Source: Syncephalis fuscata S228 (taxonomy: Eukaryota > Fungi > Zoopagomycota). Taken from it: DNA of 64,000 nt. The notes beneath the pieces were generated by a model. It was not told the origin of the DNA and did no database searches. It worked only from the letters and a program-made list of their open reading frames with translations. This document shows positions 40,441 to 53,570 of the stretch, piece after piece (position 1 is the first letter of the stretch; the number at the start of each line of letters is the position of its first letter). The DNA is taken from contig JAHLTZ010000011.1 of assembly GCA_025786725.1 (NCBI GenBank), positions 682,001-746,000 of the forward strand, in the 5' to 3' direction. The translations under genes and the position numbers were made by a program.

Positions 40441-42181
40441 TTATTCAGTCTTGCCCAATGCTGCCAATCTCTCCACTAAAGGTGGGTGTGAGAAGTGATA
40501 AGCTGAGAACCATGGATCTGGATTCATATCACCAAGATTTTTAGTATGCAATTTAATCAGCCCACTCTTTAAATCTTCTGTATAGCCTAGTTTCTTGGCA
40601 AAGGCATCTGACAATGTGGTTACAAGTGTCAGTGTATTAAGATACTATTTAGTGATGTGGTTAAGCAATCACTTACCAGCTTCAAATTCATACTTTCGAC
40701 TAAGTATGTTAACAACAAAGCTTAGAATACTCTCTACTGGTGAAAATATATAATTGAATAGAAGGAATCCAATAAGTACAGGCATTGTGTCATCCATAAA
40801 TCCAAATGCACGATACAGTCCAACATCTCGGTAACAACGAGAGAATAGATAGAATATGGTGAATAGATGAATTTGGGCTACGGTTAGGTTCTTAATCATA
40901 TGGTTTAATTTCCAATGGCCCAATTCATGTCCTAATCAGTAATAGAAAGTGTTATTAATGGTGTAGATCAAATTAGTTAGTAATGGAGTATAGTTTGTAA
41001 AGCATACCTAAAACTGCACAGACTTCTTCATCGGTTGAGTGTTCTAATAATGTGTCAAACAATACAATGCGCTTGTTTTTGTAGAATCCAAAGAAGTAAG
41101 CATTACTATGGCTGGATCGGCGACTGCCATCAATGACATACAATTTGGTGAGTGGAAAGTTAATACGAGCAGCCAATGCCTCGATTTTAGTGCGCAATGT
41201 GCCTTCTGGCAATGCAGTAAACGTATTGAACAACGGTTGGATCAGCGTAGGATAGATGGTAATCATAATGAGTTGGAACACGACCCTGTAGATATGTAGA
41301 TATGTAGATATGTAGATGTTAAGATTGTTAGCAATTATAAATATGGTACACTTACATAAACATCCATACGTAATAGTAGAATGATTCACCGGCCCAATTG
41401 ATAATCGATAGAAAGCCGGAAATAAGTGGTGCACCAATAACTGCCGATATTAACAAAGACTTTACAAAATCGCCAAAGAATAATGTCAGTGTCTGTTTGT
41501 TGAATCCATGTCGTTGTTCGATGACAAATGTGCTATATAAACTGAAAGGAATATTGATGATGGAGCTGATAGCGGTGATGGCCAATACAAACACCACTGA
41601 GCGGGTAATCTATCGTGATATAGATAGATGGGATGTAAATATTGATATCTATATGTCATATGCTAATCAATGTACCTCGTATTCGGCTGATAGACCGGCA
41701 TAACGAAGTAGGCCAGCACCTACTGCATCCCACAGTAAAGGAAGTAGGTTGAATACAAGCGTGATAGTTGTCAGTACTTGACCCCAGGCATCTTGTACGA
41801 ATCGGAAGCGAGATTTGTCACGGCCATAGGATTGAGCGCGTACAAACGCCTCCTCTTCTACAATGTTATCTAACATGGCTGGTCGGACGGTAGACCGTAG
41901 CTTGCGATGCTGACGCACACTAAATATAACAGTGGATCAGTGATTATGGCTACCATAAGCAAAGACTAGCACCGATCTAGATCGACGATAGTCTAGATAG
42001 TAGTGTCATAGTCGACGAGTACAGTGCGTAAAACAGCATGGGTATCGGCGTGTGCCACTTACTTAAGATATTGCTCCAACAAGTAGACAAGATACGAGAA
42101 ACCAAGTACGAGTTCTTTATAGGGAATCTCCATTCCCGGAGACTCGTAGCTATCTTTAGTAGTCATCTTTACGTCTGCCAT
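40441..42181 (-). CDS. STE24: CaaX prenyl protease 1 (peptidase M48)
   Basis: [41 protein letters not shown] zinc motif, [20 protein letters not shown]. Confidence 0.95.
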
Positions 42182-42641
42182 AGAAATCTTTTATACAAAT
42201 TACTTGTATTAAACGGAAAATGACAAACAAAATAAACGATTGGAAAGTGGGAGTGGTGAAGCAAGAAAAAACGGAGTATGTGACGCACTACAGCTTTCTG
42301 TACCGTATCTGTCAATCGCCAGTTTAAAATTAATATGTTGTAAATTTGTGTTTATTCAGCTTTGTATCGATTTCACGGTTACTTGCGTTGTTGTTTGCTA
42401 ATGTGAATTTATAAATAACAAACAAATGGCAATTTAAAAATACAATTAATTGTTTATTGCTAGCTATTGGAACAGCATTCTATACGGTTGAAAGTAAAGG
42501 TTTTTTATTTCAAAATTAAAGTAAAGCAATGTTTTAATTTCCACTAATAGATCAATAAGGCTGTAAAGTAATAATTAAAAAGCAGGCTAATGATATATGA
42601 CGGAAGAAAACAAATGAGCTGTGTAGCGGTTCTGGTTACAC

Positions 42642-42676
<35 letters not shown>
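42642..42676. repeat. (AAT)n microsatellite
   Basis: About 11 perfect AAT units. Confidence 0.9.
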
Positions 42677-44370
42677 TTATTTTAGCAGTAAGCGTCACAG
42701 TGCGCCAATTAAACAAAAATAGGCGATTTGACAAGTTATGACTAATTAATCGATGAATACATAGACCGTATTCAAAATAGTAAATTAAAAGCCAGTAGAA
42801 AGTCGAATTGTATTGTAAAGCGACACAAGAAATACGGTGTTTTAAGGATAAGCATTATTAAGAATTCTTAATCTTAATATTAGCATCTCCGCAGAAGCGG
42901 TGAAAAAACTTTAAAAGATAAGTAAGGCAATGATTATATGGTTAATTATGTGAAAGAATCAGAACGCAAAATTTTATATTGCATTATTGTTTTAATGATA
43001 ATAATTATATATTTAATAAATTATTTATCTATAGCGTGTTTCTCAAAGTTAATAAAATGTGGCAATATTCACGTAGAACCATAAAAATGACACTCATTAA
43101 ATTTATATACTGATAGAATATGTGTCTAAGAAATACCCAACTAACAATTAAACACAACTTTTAACACTTTCCACAATAACAAGGCAGGAAAGTAGCACAA
43201 TAATAAGAGCTTTGATGCAGTACTATTCAATCGAGACTGGGTACATACTAGAAATAAAGCTGAGATAAAAGACATAAAAAAAGCAAATTAATGCTAATAG
43301 TAAGAACTAGTGAAAATAATGAATCATTGTAATCAGTGCCAAATGGAGTCATAAAGCATGCCAATATTTAATGCATTATAGGGACTAATGAGCAACGAGC
43401 TAAATAAAATTCCTAATAGTAATTAAATACTAAAATTAGCATTTACTATTATCAAATTTGAATGTTGCATCGTAATGTAGTTGTTGTAGAAAATTTAATG
43501 TGAACTGTGTGCTCAGTTCAATGACATATTTATGCTTTATTTATATTGAACAATCAGCTGTAAACTATAATTCCAAAAGTCGTTTTTTTCATTTTACATT
43601 CATGTTTTTGCCAATATATAATAAAATAATATAACCATAAGTCAACGAGCTGATGCAGCTAGCGTGAAATTCAGGAAAAAGCGACATATTCAATTAAAAA
43701 AACCATGGATTACTATATTTAGCAATCAATTAGTGAGCATGAATTGTGTTTTAAAATAAAACAGAGGTCAATAAAAGCATTGCATTTAAACAGCGCCGTT
43801 CTATTTTCAACAACACTTCAAATGCTACCTTTTCTAGAAGTAGCTGATCGGATGTTAAATTAGCTTTCTACCCGAATAGAAGCAATTCTTATTATGGTTC
43901 GGTTAAAATGTATAAGCATAGATAAGCATAGTATGGGTAAATTCTATTCTTGGCAAACTAATTTAAAATCAATAAGGCATTATTATAAAGGGAAATAAAT
44001 AAAGACCCATTTGGTAATGCTTTGAGCGCTAATTCAAATTACAAATTGCTGGATTCTATTCTACTTGTCAATAAAAAATCGGGAACTTTGCCATGTGCAA
44101 CTATCCGTTATTTATCTTACCGCGTGCTGGACTCGCCAATTTCTTCTACTTTTCATTCGACTTTCCTACGACTTTAGAGCCTTTAGATTTTCAAAGGTGC
44201 TTTCAAACTTTCAAACCACTTGATTTCATCGCTTTTTACGTTTTCGTTGCAACTTTCTTGCAAAAATTAGAAACACTAAACATCTCAATATTTTACGACA
44301 GGTACGCTATAATAATAATAGTAGCGATAGTAATTGAATATTGAATATCTATTTTATTTTTATAGTCATA

Positions 44371-46266
44371 ATGCGTTTATCAAATTGGTCTGCGTTATGC
44401 GCAACTTTCATTATAATGAAACTGGCTGATGAAAGTATAACTCTAACGGAATCTGCGCCTATAAGGGTAGGTATTTGCCAGTATTACGTACATATTAATT
44501 AAATGTTTTATCTATTGATAGCTCCCCACCCTCAAGCTGCCAAATCTTCCTACATTCAATTCATTTAAACCATCTACAACAATTGGAGCACCAACGACAG
44601 GGTGGAAGCTTCCAAATATGCCATCGGTTTTTACTCCTAAAATTTTACCAGCTAACGGTGCGGTAAAGTCAGCAACTGTGCCAACTGTGGCGACAATGCC
44701 AAATGTGGCGACAATATCAACTGCAAATACGGGGGTTTTAAAAACAAATCCACTAAATACTAATGCAGTTTCGAATACAGCAAATGTTGGTTCTATAAGC
44801 TCAATGATTCCAAACAATGCATTTAATTCTCAAACATCTCATAACGCCAATACAGCTGTTACTGCTAGTACTAACAATGCTAATAGAGGTGTTACCGCTA
44901 GTACCAACAATGCCAATACAGCTGTTACTGCTAATACCAACAATGCCAATACAGCTGTTACTACTGGTACCAACAATGCCAATACAGCTGTTACTAATAC
45001 AGCTGCTACTACTGGTACTAATACAGCTGCTACTACTGGTACTAATACAGCTGCTACTACTGGTACTAATACAGCTGCTACTACTGGTACTAATACAGCT
45101 GCTACTACTGGTACTAATACAGCTGCTACTACTGGTACTAATACAGCTGCTGCTATTGGTACTACTACCGGCGCTACTAATGGTGTCAGCGTTGGTACAA
45201 ATACTGGTGAAGCCGGAACGTATAACGGTGGTGGCACAGGCTCTACTAATCAGGGAAATCATCGAGATGACGGCAATGGGGGTTCATCACATAATTCAAA
45301 CTCTGATAATCAAATGACCCAAATGGTTATGCAGATGGAAGCAAATTCGCAAAAGGCAAATGCCCAAGCAGCAAAATATGCTGCGTGGGTGCTGCACTAC
45401 CAGCTGTTGTTGGTGCAGGTGCTACAGCTTATGGAAACTCGGAATCAACAAAGGCTGCGACTGCAGCTGCGGCCGCACAAAATGATGCTAATGTTAAGAT
45501 TGAGCAAATGCGATCTGATGCTACTCAAAAGTCTGTAGAAAGTAGCGAAAAGCTTGCTGAACAGCAAATTGCTGTAACTAAGGAGGCGAATAAGGCATCA
45601 CTTGATCAGGCGGCTGCACAAGCAGAAATGCAAAACAAGGTGAATAACCAAGCACTTGATCAAAGCAAGGCAATTTTCGATCTTCAAATGGCAGCCGCCA
45701 AAGGAGGTAATAATCAAGTACCTGCAGCAAACACTGTGACCGGTGCAGCAAATTCTGGCGCTGGAACTGCCACACCAAACTCTACTGGAACTGCCACACC
45801 AGGTTCTAGCGCTACCGGCGGCCAGACGAATTCTAATACCAACATGGCAGGTACTGCTAACGGTCAAATGAATTCTAATACCAACATGGCAGGCACTGCT
45901 AACGGTCAAATGAATTCTAATGCCAATATGGCAGGTACTGCTAACGGTCAAATGAATTCTAATACCAACATGGCAGGCACTGCTAACGGTCAAATGAATT
46001 CTAATGCCAACATGGCAGGTACTGCTAACGGTCAAATGAATTCTAATGCCAACATGGCAGGTACTGCTAACGGTCAAATGAATTCTAATGCCAACATGGC
46101 AGGTATTACCAATGGTCAGATAAATTCTAATGCCAACATGGCAGGTATTACCAATGGTCAGATAAATTCTAATACCAACATGGCAGGTACTGCTAACAGC
46201 CAGATGCTTGCTAATACTGGCTCTACCATGGCTTCCGGTGCAAATAACGCACAATTTCATGTCTGA
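44371..46266 (+). CDS. Secreted Thr/Asn/Ala-rich repeat protein (adhesin/effector-like); 1-bp frameshift at ~45386
   Basis: Signal-like MRLSNWSALCATFIIMKLA, an intron ending at 44521 and a 5'UTR intron 44302-44365. Repeats: 33 bp (NANTAVTASTN), 24 bp (TNTAATTG) and 42 bp (NMAGTANGQMNSNT). Confidence 0.75.
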
Positions 46267-47197
46267 TTGAGAAAATAAGATTTAGTATTGCTTATTCCAA
46301 ACTCTGATATTTTAGCTATGGCACCAGCCAATAGTATTTACAATAACACAAACTACTTATATCAGTACATTTATCCAAAAACAAGTAGTCCATTTAAAGC
46401 CATAAATACCGGACTGAAAATGAATTTCATTTATTTTAAAGCTGGACTTTTTATAAATGTTTAAATGATTTATTGCTCTGTTGTTTTTTTGATGATAAAT
46501 TTTGAATTAAAGCTTTACTTTTTGATATAACATAATTATTTCTTTGCTAATGTATTAGATAATGGTGTATGTGTAACACTGATTATAAAGATAGCATACA
46601 GTTTATCGGTTCAGTAAACAAACTAAATCTAATTAAAGCTATAGTCAAATAATGTTTACATATAATGTAGATTGTCTGCATGCATTTAGTAAATTTTAAA
46701 TTAACAATGAAAGAAGTATACGAATATTTGTGATAAAACTATAGCTTGTTTAAGCCAAATCAAAGTCTACAAAAAATATAGTTAACAATAAAAATACGAT
46801 TTGACTAGTAAATCATAATTGATAGAACATAATAGTATATAGCAAATAAAACAGGTTTACTTTATGATATAATGATATAGGTGAGTAGAGTATATATGTG
46901 GTAAAGGAAATGTGCTGGTGCCAATTTTACTAATTTTAGCTGATGAACACATAGCTCGGCTTTGCCACTCTAAGCATGGCGCGCTTTTAATATAAATAAG
47001 ATGAATAGTGCGCGTATAATTAAATAAAAAAGAACAAGGAGCAGTTCACGTTTAAGTTATATTTAGTCGTTTATTTTAAAGCAAGTCCGAGTACTTGTCG
47101 AGTCTATTCGTGTGATCGTATACATCTCAGAGTTGAGGTGTCGTGTTAATTACTATCTTAGTTCTCACTTTAAGCGTACACTTAAATCCTTTTCAGG

Positions 47198-50100
47198 ATG
47201 AGCCTCCCAATAAATCGTGGAGACGAACAACTACCACAACTGGAGCCCAATGCGGGGGGCTCTAGAGTGCACGCCTACCCCGTGAAGCCGCCCAAGCGTT
47301 ATAATGGAGGATGTATCGAGGAATTTCTATCACAATATGATAAATACGCGAGATATATGGAGTGGACAGATGAAGAAACCATCCGGTGTCTACTCAACTA
47401 CACCAGAGGAGATGTTGCGCACATCGTAACGTCAAGTCCAGAAGGAATGAGTGGAGATTGGCAAGCGTTGAAGAAAGAACTGTTGATGGCGTATGGTAGG
47501 AAGCCCACTAAGAAGTCACCGGAAGAGCGAGTATCCGCGCTGCTTAAAAGCGGTTTCAATTATGCGCAGCCCGTATCATTCCTAAATCAATATAATCTAT
47601 TGTGCAAATGTGTAATTGACATGCCAGAGCGTGAAAAAATCCGAAGATTGTGCAAGATTATAGATAAGACTCATTTAAGAATGTGCTTCACCAAGATGCC
47701 GCGAGACAACTATACATATCAACAACTGTGCGACGCGCTGGTGAACGTGTGTGAAGACGACAAGGCGTTGCACATCGCCCTTGGTATAACAGATTCGGAT
47801 GAAGACAGTGACCTTGACAGGGATGAGAACGAATCAGATGAAGAAGCCGTCATCATCAAGAAGGAGAAGAAAGTCAAAGAGAGGATTAACAAGAAAGCAG
47901 ATGAATCTGGAAAGAAGAATCAAGATCATATCACCATAGAACGAAAGGTAGACGATCTATCAGAACAGTTCCGACAACTGGTGTTGCTAGTCGAAAAACA
48001 GCAAGACAACAGAGGACGAATGGACGGGCGAGACAGAAGGAATTTGCTGTGCTTGTATTGCGATTCGCCAGATCATGTTAAAAGTCAATGCGGACTATTG
48101 ACTGATGATTTACGAAACAAATTGGTTACATTGGACGCTGGTAAAGTCACATACCCTAATGGTTCGCTTGTTCCGTTGAATGCTGGTCGAGGCGGCATGC
48201 GCAAATTACTGGTCGATACGGCTAACGTACGAATGATTACTGCCGAGCAACCGATCAAGTACGACCTTACTTGGGAAAGCGATGTTCAGTTAACGACTAT
48301 AGAGCCAGAAATCGTAGTAGAGGATGTAGAACATATAGCCGAGTCAATATGAAACGGAGTACGTGTAGGCACTCGTCAAGCGTCGGAAGCGGTGCCAGTA
48401 GAAACCCGTGAAGCTGGTAGTATGACGGAAAGGCAGGACGCGGCCACCAGCCACGCATCAATACCGTTCTGTCATCGAGGAAGGAGCTGATGTGGATGGC
48501 ACTGTCGATAGCTGCTACGTAGCGCGCAGGTGACGATGCCGCTACAAGATTACCTGTCAACATCGTCTGTTGCCAGAAAGAAGATGGCTGAGTTGGTCAG
48601 TCGTAAGAAGGTCCATCGATACTATGGTACAACAAGCCGTGGTGTATGTAGACGGATTGTCAACGATAGACGGCACTATAGTAGCTAGGCCAACTGCAAA
48701 GTGACGGGACGAGTGGCAGGAGAGCCGGTAGAAATCCAAATCGATCCTGGTGCTGAAATAAGTGTAATATCTGGCAAGTTATATGACCAGATTGGTAATC
48801 TACCATTGGATGCGGCGCGAGCATGGTCGATGGGTAATGCTTCTGGTACAGCGTCTAAGTCTAGAGGCATGTGTATCAACGTACCAGTGACCATTGGAGG
48901 AGTAACGATAAACGCACATCTAATAGTTGTAGATGGAGCACCGTTCGACGCGTTGGTTGGAATGCCTTGGTTAGAAGAAGCGTTATGGGAGGTCAAACGA
49001 GAAGACGGAAGAGCGTGGGTACACATAACTGATGGCCGAAGCGCGGCTAAGTTCCCTGCGGCTCCTACAATGGTATCAGCCAGTGGTAGAGGCCAGCAAG
49101 ACCAACGTAAGAATGTGAATAGTGTTACGGTGCTACGAGAAAAGAGAGTGAGGACGAAATAGTGATAGGTACGATTACCATGCGTGAATCAGTAACAACA
49201 GGTAATACTGCGTCCGTGTATGCCGCTAAATACAAGCCGGTCGGAAAGAAGAAATTACCAATTGCCGTGGCAGTACCAAACGGAGAAGAAGCTGAAGACG
49301 AAGAACGAATTGAGAGCAGCGAGTCAAGATTGACTGATGAGCGTATAGCAGACATGGTTATTGGAAACGGTCAGTTAACAGAAGAAGAGACCGCGTACTT
49401 CATTGAGCAATTACGCTCTATAGACGAAGTTTTTGCATTCAACGACGGAGAGATGGGTAAGCTTAAGGCGGAAATAGAACCACCTGTAAGAATACCAACT
49501 GTACCGCATGTGCCATGGACGCAAGCTTCGATACCGGTACCAAGAGCAACATTCAGTAGAGTAGTAGAGTTATTGCGGGAAAAGATGAATAGCGGAATTA
49601 TTGAGCCAAGTACTGGTGCTTATAGTAATCGATGGTTTGTGATTGCTAAGAAAGATGGATCTAAGTTGCGATTCATACAAGATCTACAACAAGCCAATTC
49701 TGTTAGTATCAAGAATGCCAATGCACCGCCGCTGTCAGAAGAACTTACTGAAGACGTGTCAGGTAGATCTATTATATCTACGTTTGATCTATATTCCGGT
49801 TACGATCAAATCCCTGTCGACAATCGTGATCGTGATATATTCTCATTGATGACGCCGATTGGACTGGTGAGGATGACACGGTTACCTATGGGTTGGTGTA
49901 ATAGTGTCGGAGTGTTTCAGCGGATCGTAAATAAGATACTGAGTGAGTATATGCCGCATACAGTAGGCATATTCGTGGACGACGGGATAGTTAAAGGATC
50001 GGTGGAGAAGAATGAAAGTATTGTATTGCCAGGAGTGAGAGCGTTTGTGTTTGATCATGTAGCTGACGTAGTAAAAGTGTTAAAGGCTTTGAGTAAGGCG

Positions 50101-51595
50101 GGAATAACAGTCAGTGGAAAGAAATGCAGATTTGGTATGGATGAGGTGGAAGTGTTAGGTTACCAGTGTACCCAACTAGGAAGAACTGTAACTCCGGATA
50201 AGACGGTTAAGATTACGCAATGGCCAACACCAGTCGATAAGAAGCAAGTACGAGCATTTGTGGCCTGTTGTGCATTCTACCGAGTGCTTATTCCTCACTT
50301 CTCTACGATCGCCGAGCCATTGTATTATCTACAGAAGAAGAAAGTAGTATTTCACTGGAAAGGTGAACAACAACGAGCATTCGATGCGCTAAAACGAAGT
50401 ATTAGTGAAAGACCAGTCATACGACCGCCGGTGTATGGTGACGACAATCGACCACTTATCTTAACAGTAGATGCTAGTCCTGTTGGTGCTGGCGCTGTGT
50501 TGGGACAATGCGATGAAGAAGGAGTGAAGTATGCTGTGCGGTATGACAGTTGTTTATTTAACGGTGCGCAGAGACGATACGCACAAGTCAAACGAGAATT
50601 ATTTGGTTTATATCAGATGGTGAAGAAAATGAGGAAATATGTGCATGGTGTGAAATTTATCATTGAGACAGACGCTAGACCTGTCATCGGCATGCTGAGA
50701 AAGCCTGATTTACCTAATGATGCAGCAAGTCGATGGGTAGCTTACCTTTCGTTGTTTAATTATGAAATACGTCATATTCCGGGTGATAAGAACGTAGTAG
50801 CTGATGCGCTTAGTCGTGTTGACATGGGACAAGAAATGTTGACAGATGAAGATGATGAAGATGACAAGGTGTTATGGAACTATCACATCGAGGACGTCAG
50901 CGGTGATGAATTATTTGGAGTGACTAGTGTCAAACAAGTTAATACTGATAAAATGACAGCTAGGTCGCCCTATTATTATTTATTGTATTTTCTCGAGCAT
51001 GGTTGCATGCACAACGACTGTAATGATAGCAACAAGAAGAGGATTAGAACTCAGTTGAAGAAGTTTTTTATTAGCGATGGATTATTATTTCGGCGAGCGA
51101 AGACAGGAATGCCTAAGCGAGTCATAGATGAAGAAGAAGAACAATTGCGTGTGACAACGATGGTGCACGATGGACATCCATTTGCCCATAGAGGAGTAGA
51201 AGCAACATATAGGTTGTGCAGTGATCGATTTTATTGGTACGGGATGTACAACACTTGCAAAGAGTGGTGAAAAGATGTGACATATGTCAGCGTACGCAAA
51301 GGAAAGGACAAGTAGAAGAGCTAAAACCGTTTATTGGTTCTACATTGTTCAAACGCATTGGATTCGATTTAGTTAGACTTCCAGAAGCCACGACGGGTGA
51401 GATATATTTAGCAGTGGCCAGGGACGACTTCAGTGGATGGGTAGAAGCAAGAGCGCTGTGTAAAAATAACGCGGTAGAAGCATACAAATTTTTATATGAA
51501 GATGTTATATGTCGGTTTGGTATACCTAGTGAAGTAGTAGCAGATCGTGGTGAACTTTATGGGCTGTTGATACGTCATGTAGCTGCTAAGGACGG
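47198..51595 (+). mobile_element. Ty3/Gypsy LTR retrotransposon A (gag-PR-RT-RH-partial IN), truncated by element B
   Basis: Gag zinc knuckle CLYCDSPDHVKSQC; protease IDPGAE; RT FIQDLQ/DLYSGYDQI/FVDD; RNase H TVDAS; integrase HHCC region and IGFDL. Several frameshifts at 48350-48700 and 51269. Confidence 0.9.
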
Positions 51596-53570
51596 TGTAA
51601 CAACCGTAAAATAGGATATAATGGAATAAAGATTATCTTTTATTAAACAGAAATTGTGTGTTATTTATAAGCTTTGCGGAGCTTTAATTTAAGGTGTTGT
51701 GGGAAAATAATTGCATAATATTTAAATTATACAATTATTTCCCGTAACGAATATAATATCGTTACATCATCCCCCTTGGATTAACGCCGACTCTGGTGTT
51801 GCTTTTCATACTCTTGTACTAGTATTGATGCGTTGTCTAAGTCACGTAACGATTGCCAGGTTGCATCATGTTCCGCATAGCCTTTCCATTTAACGAGATA
51901 TTCTATTTTGTTGCGTTTGACCCGTTTAGCTAATATGCTTTCTACTTCGTATTCTTCGTTGCCATCTATTATTTCCGGTGGTGGCGGTGGCGGGTAACGA
52001 TCTATAAACTCTGGCGGGTTTTCTTCGTACTTCTTTAGCAGACTAACATGGAACACATTGTGCATTTTCATGTTAGGTGCTAATTGTAGTTTGTACGCTA
52101 CAGTCGATACCCGTTGAATGACCTTAAATGGTCCCGTAAATTGATGAGCCAATTTACGTTTTGGTCGTTCACGTTCCGCTTCTGGTGTCAAATTCTTTGT
52201 TGATAACAGCACCATATCGTCAACTTTAAATTCTACTTCTCTTCGTTTCTGATCTGCATATTGTTTTTGTCGTTCTTGTGCTTTCTTTAACGCTTCGCGT
52301 GTTTCTAAATAAATGTCATTCATCTTTTGCAGGAATGCAGCAGTACTTTGCACGTTAGTTTTGTTGCCGAAGTTGTGTTGTCGTACTAAATCGTCTGGCA
52401 TGTAGGGGTGGCTACCCAAATCAGTATAGAATGGCGATTTACCAGTTGATGACTGCTTAGCATTATTGTACGCAAATTCAACTAATGCTAAATGTTGATC
52501 CCAGTCATTTTGCTGATAGTTAACGCATGTACGTAATAATTGTTCTAGCGTGCGGTTTACGCGTTCTGTTTGGCCATCTGTTTCGGGATGAAATGCTGTT
52601 GACATAAATATACGTACGTTAAGTATTTTATGTAGTTCTTGCCAAAATTTACTGGTAAACTTGGCGTCACGGTCGCATACAATAGAGCGGGGCATGCCAT
52701 GAAGACGTACAATGTTCTGCATGAACAATTGTGCAACGTCAACAGCCGTAGCTGTCGTCTTCATCGGTACGAAGTGAGCGCGCTTAGTAAAGCGGTCGAT
52801 TACAACAAAAATAGCATCATAACCACTACTAGTACGTGGCAATTGCACTATAAAATCCATTGCAATATCGCGCCAACGTCCTTCCGGAATTTGAAGTGGT
52901 TGTAATAGTCCACCAGGTAACTGCTGGGAGTGTTTAGTGCGTTGGCACACTTCACATGACCTAATATAACGCTTTGTCATGTTGGACAATCCAGGCCAAT
53001 AATATTTACGCTTAATGGCTGCAATAGTCTTTTCTTCGCCGAAGTGAGCAGCTGCATCGTGATGATCATTAAGTATATCCAAATATAGATTATCGTAATT
53101 TGGTATGCATAATCGTGGTTCAATGTCTTTTAACTCGTACATTAATCCATGATCATCAAGCCGAAAATGTCGCGAAATTTTAACTGCCGCAGCATTGCCT
53201 GCAGCCCTTCCTCCCATAAGAACATTCTTTACACCTGTAAAGTGTTCATCATGATCGTAACCAGCTAAAACACGCTGTTGGAATAAAGAGAGATTTGTAG
53301 CATTTATAGCGTTATAACTAGGCGATGTACGTCGTGATAATGCATCGGCTACAACATTAGCACGGCCTGGCTTATATATGATATCAAAATCATATTGATG
53401 CAACTGCTCAATCCAACGCGTTTGGCGTGATGACATTTCCTTTTGCTTAAACAGGCGCGTAAGCGGTGCATGGTCAGTATATATTACGAAATGGCCATAA
53501 CTAAGATATGGGCGCCATAACTTAGTAGCTTCTAGAATAGCTAACATTTCTTTATCGTATGTAGCATAAT

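Noticed and set aside
41925-42064. Palindrome-rich STE24 intron as a snoRNA host
   Set aside because: No convincing C box or H/ACA architecture is visible.
44801-46260. Antisense ORFs with Cys/His repeats (STCHVGIRIHL)
   Set aside because: Shadows of the plus-strand repeat protein.
46890-47197. 5' LTR and PBS of element A
   Set aside because: The partner LTR is absent from the window and no clear TG...CA boundary or tRNA PBS could be fixed.
48297-48739. Minus-strand ORFs suggesting an inversion inside element A
   Set aside because: The plus strand reads as a continuous gag-pol linker broken by several frameshifts (YRSVIEEG...QVTMPLQDYL...RKKV).
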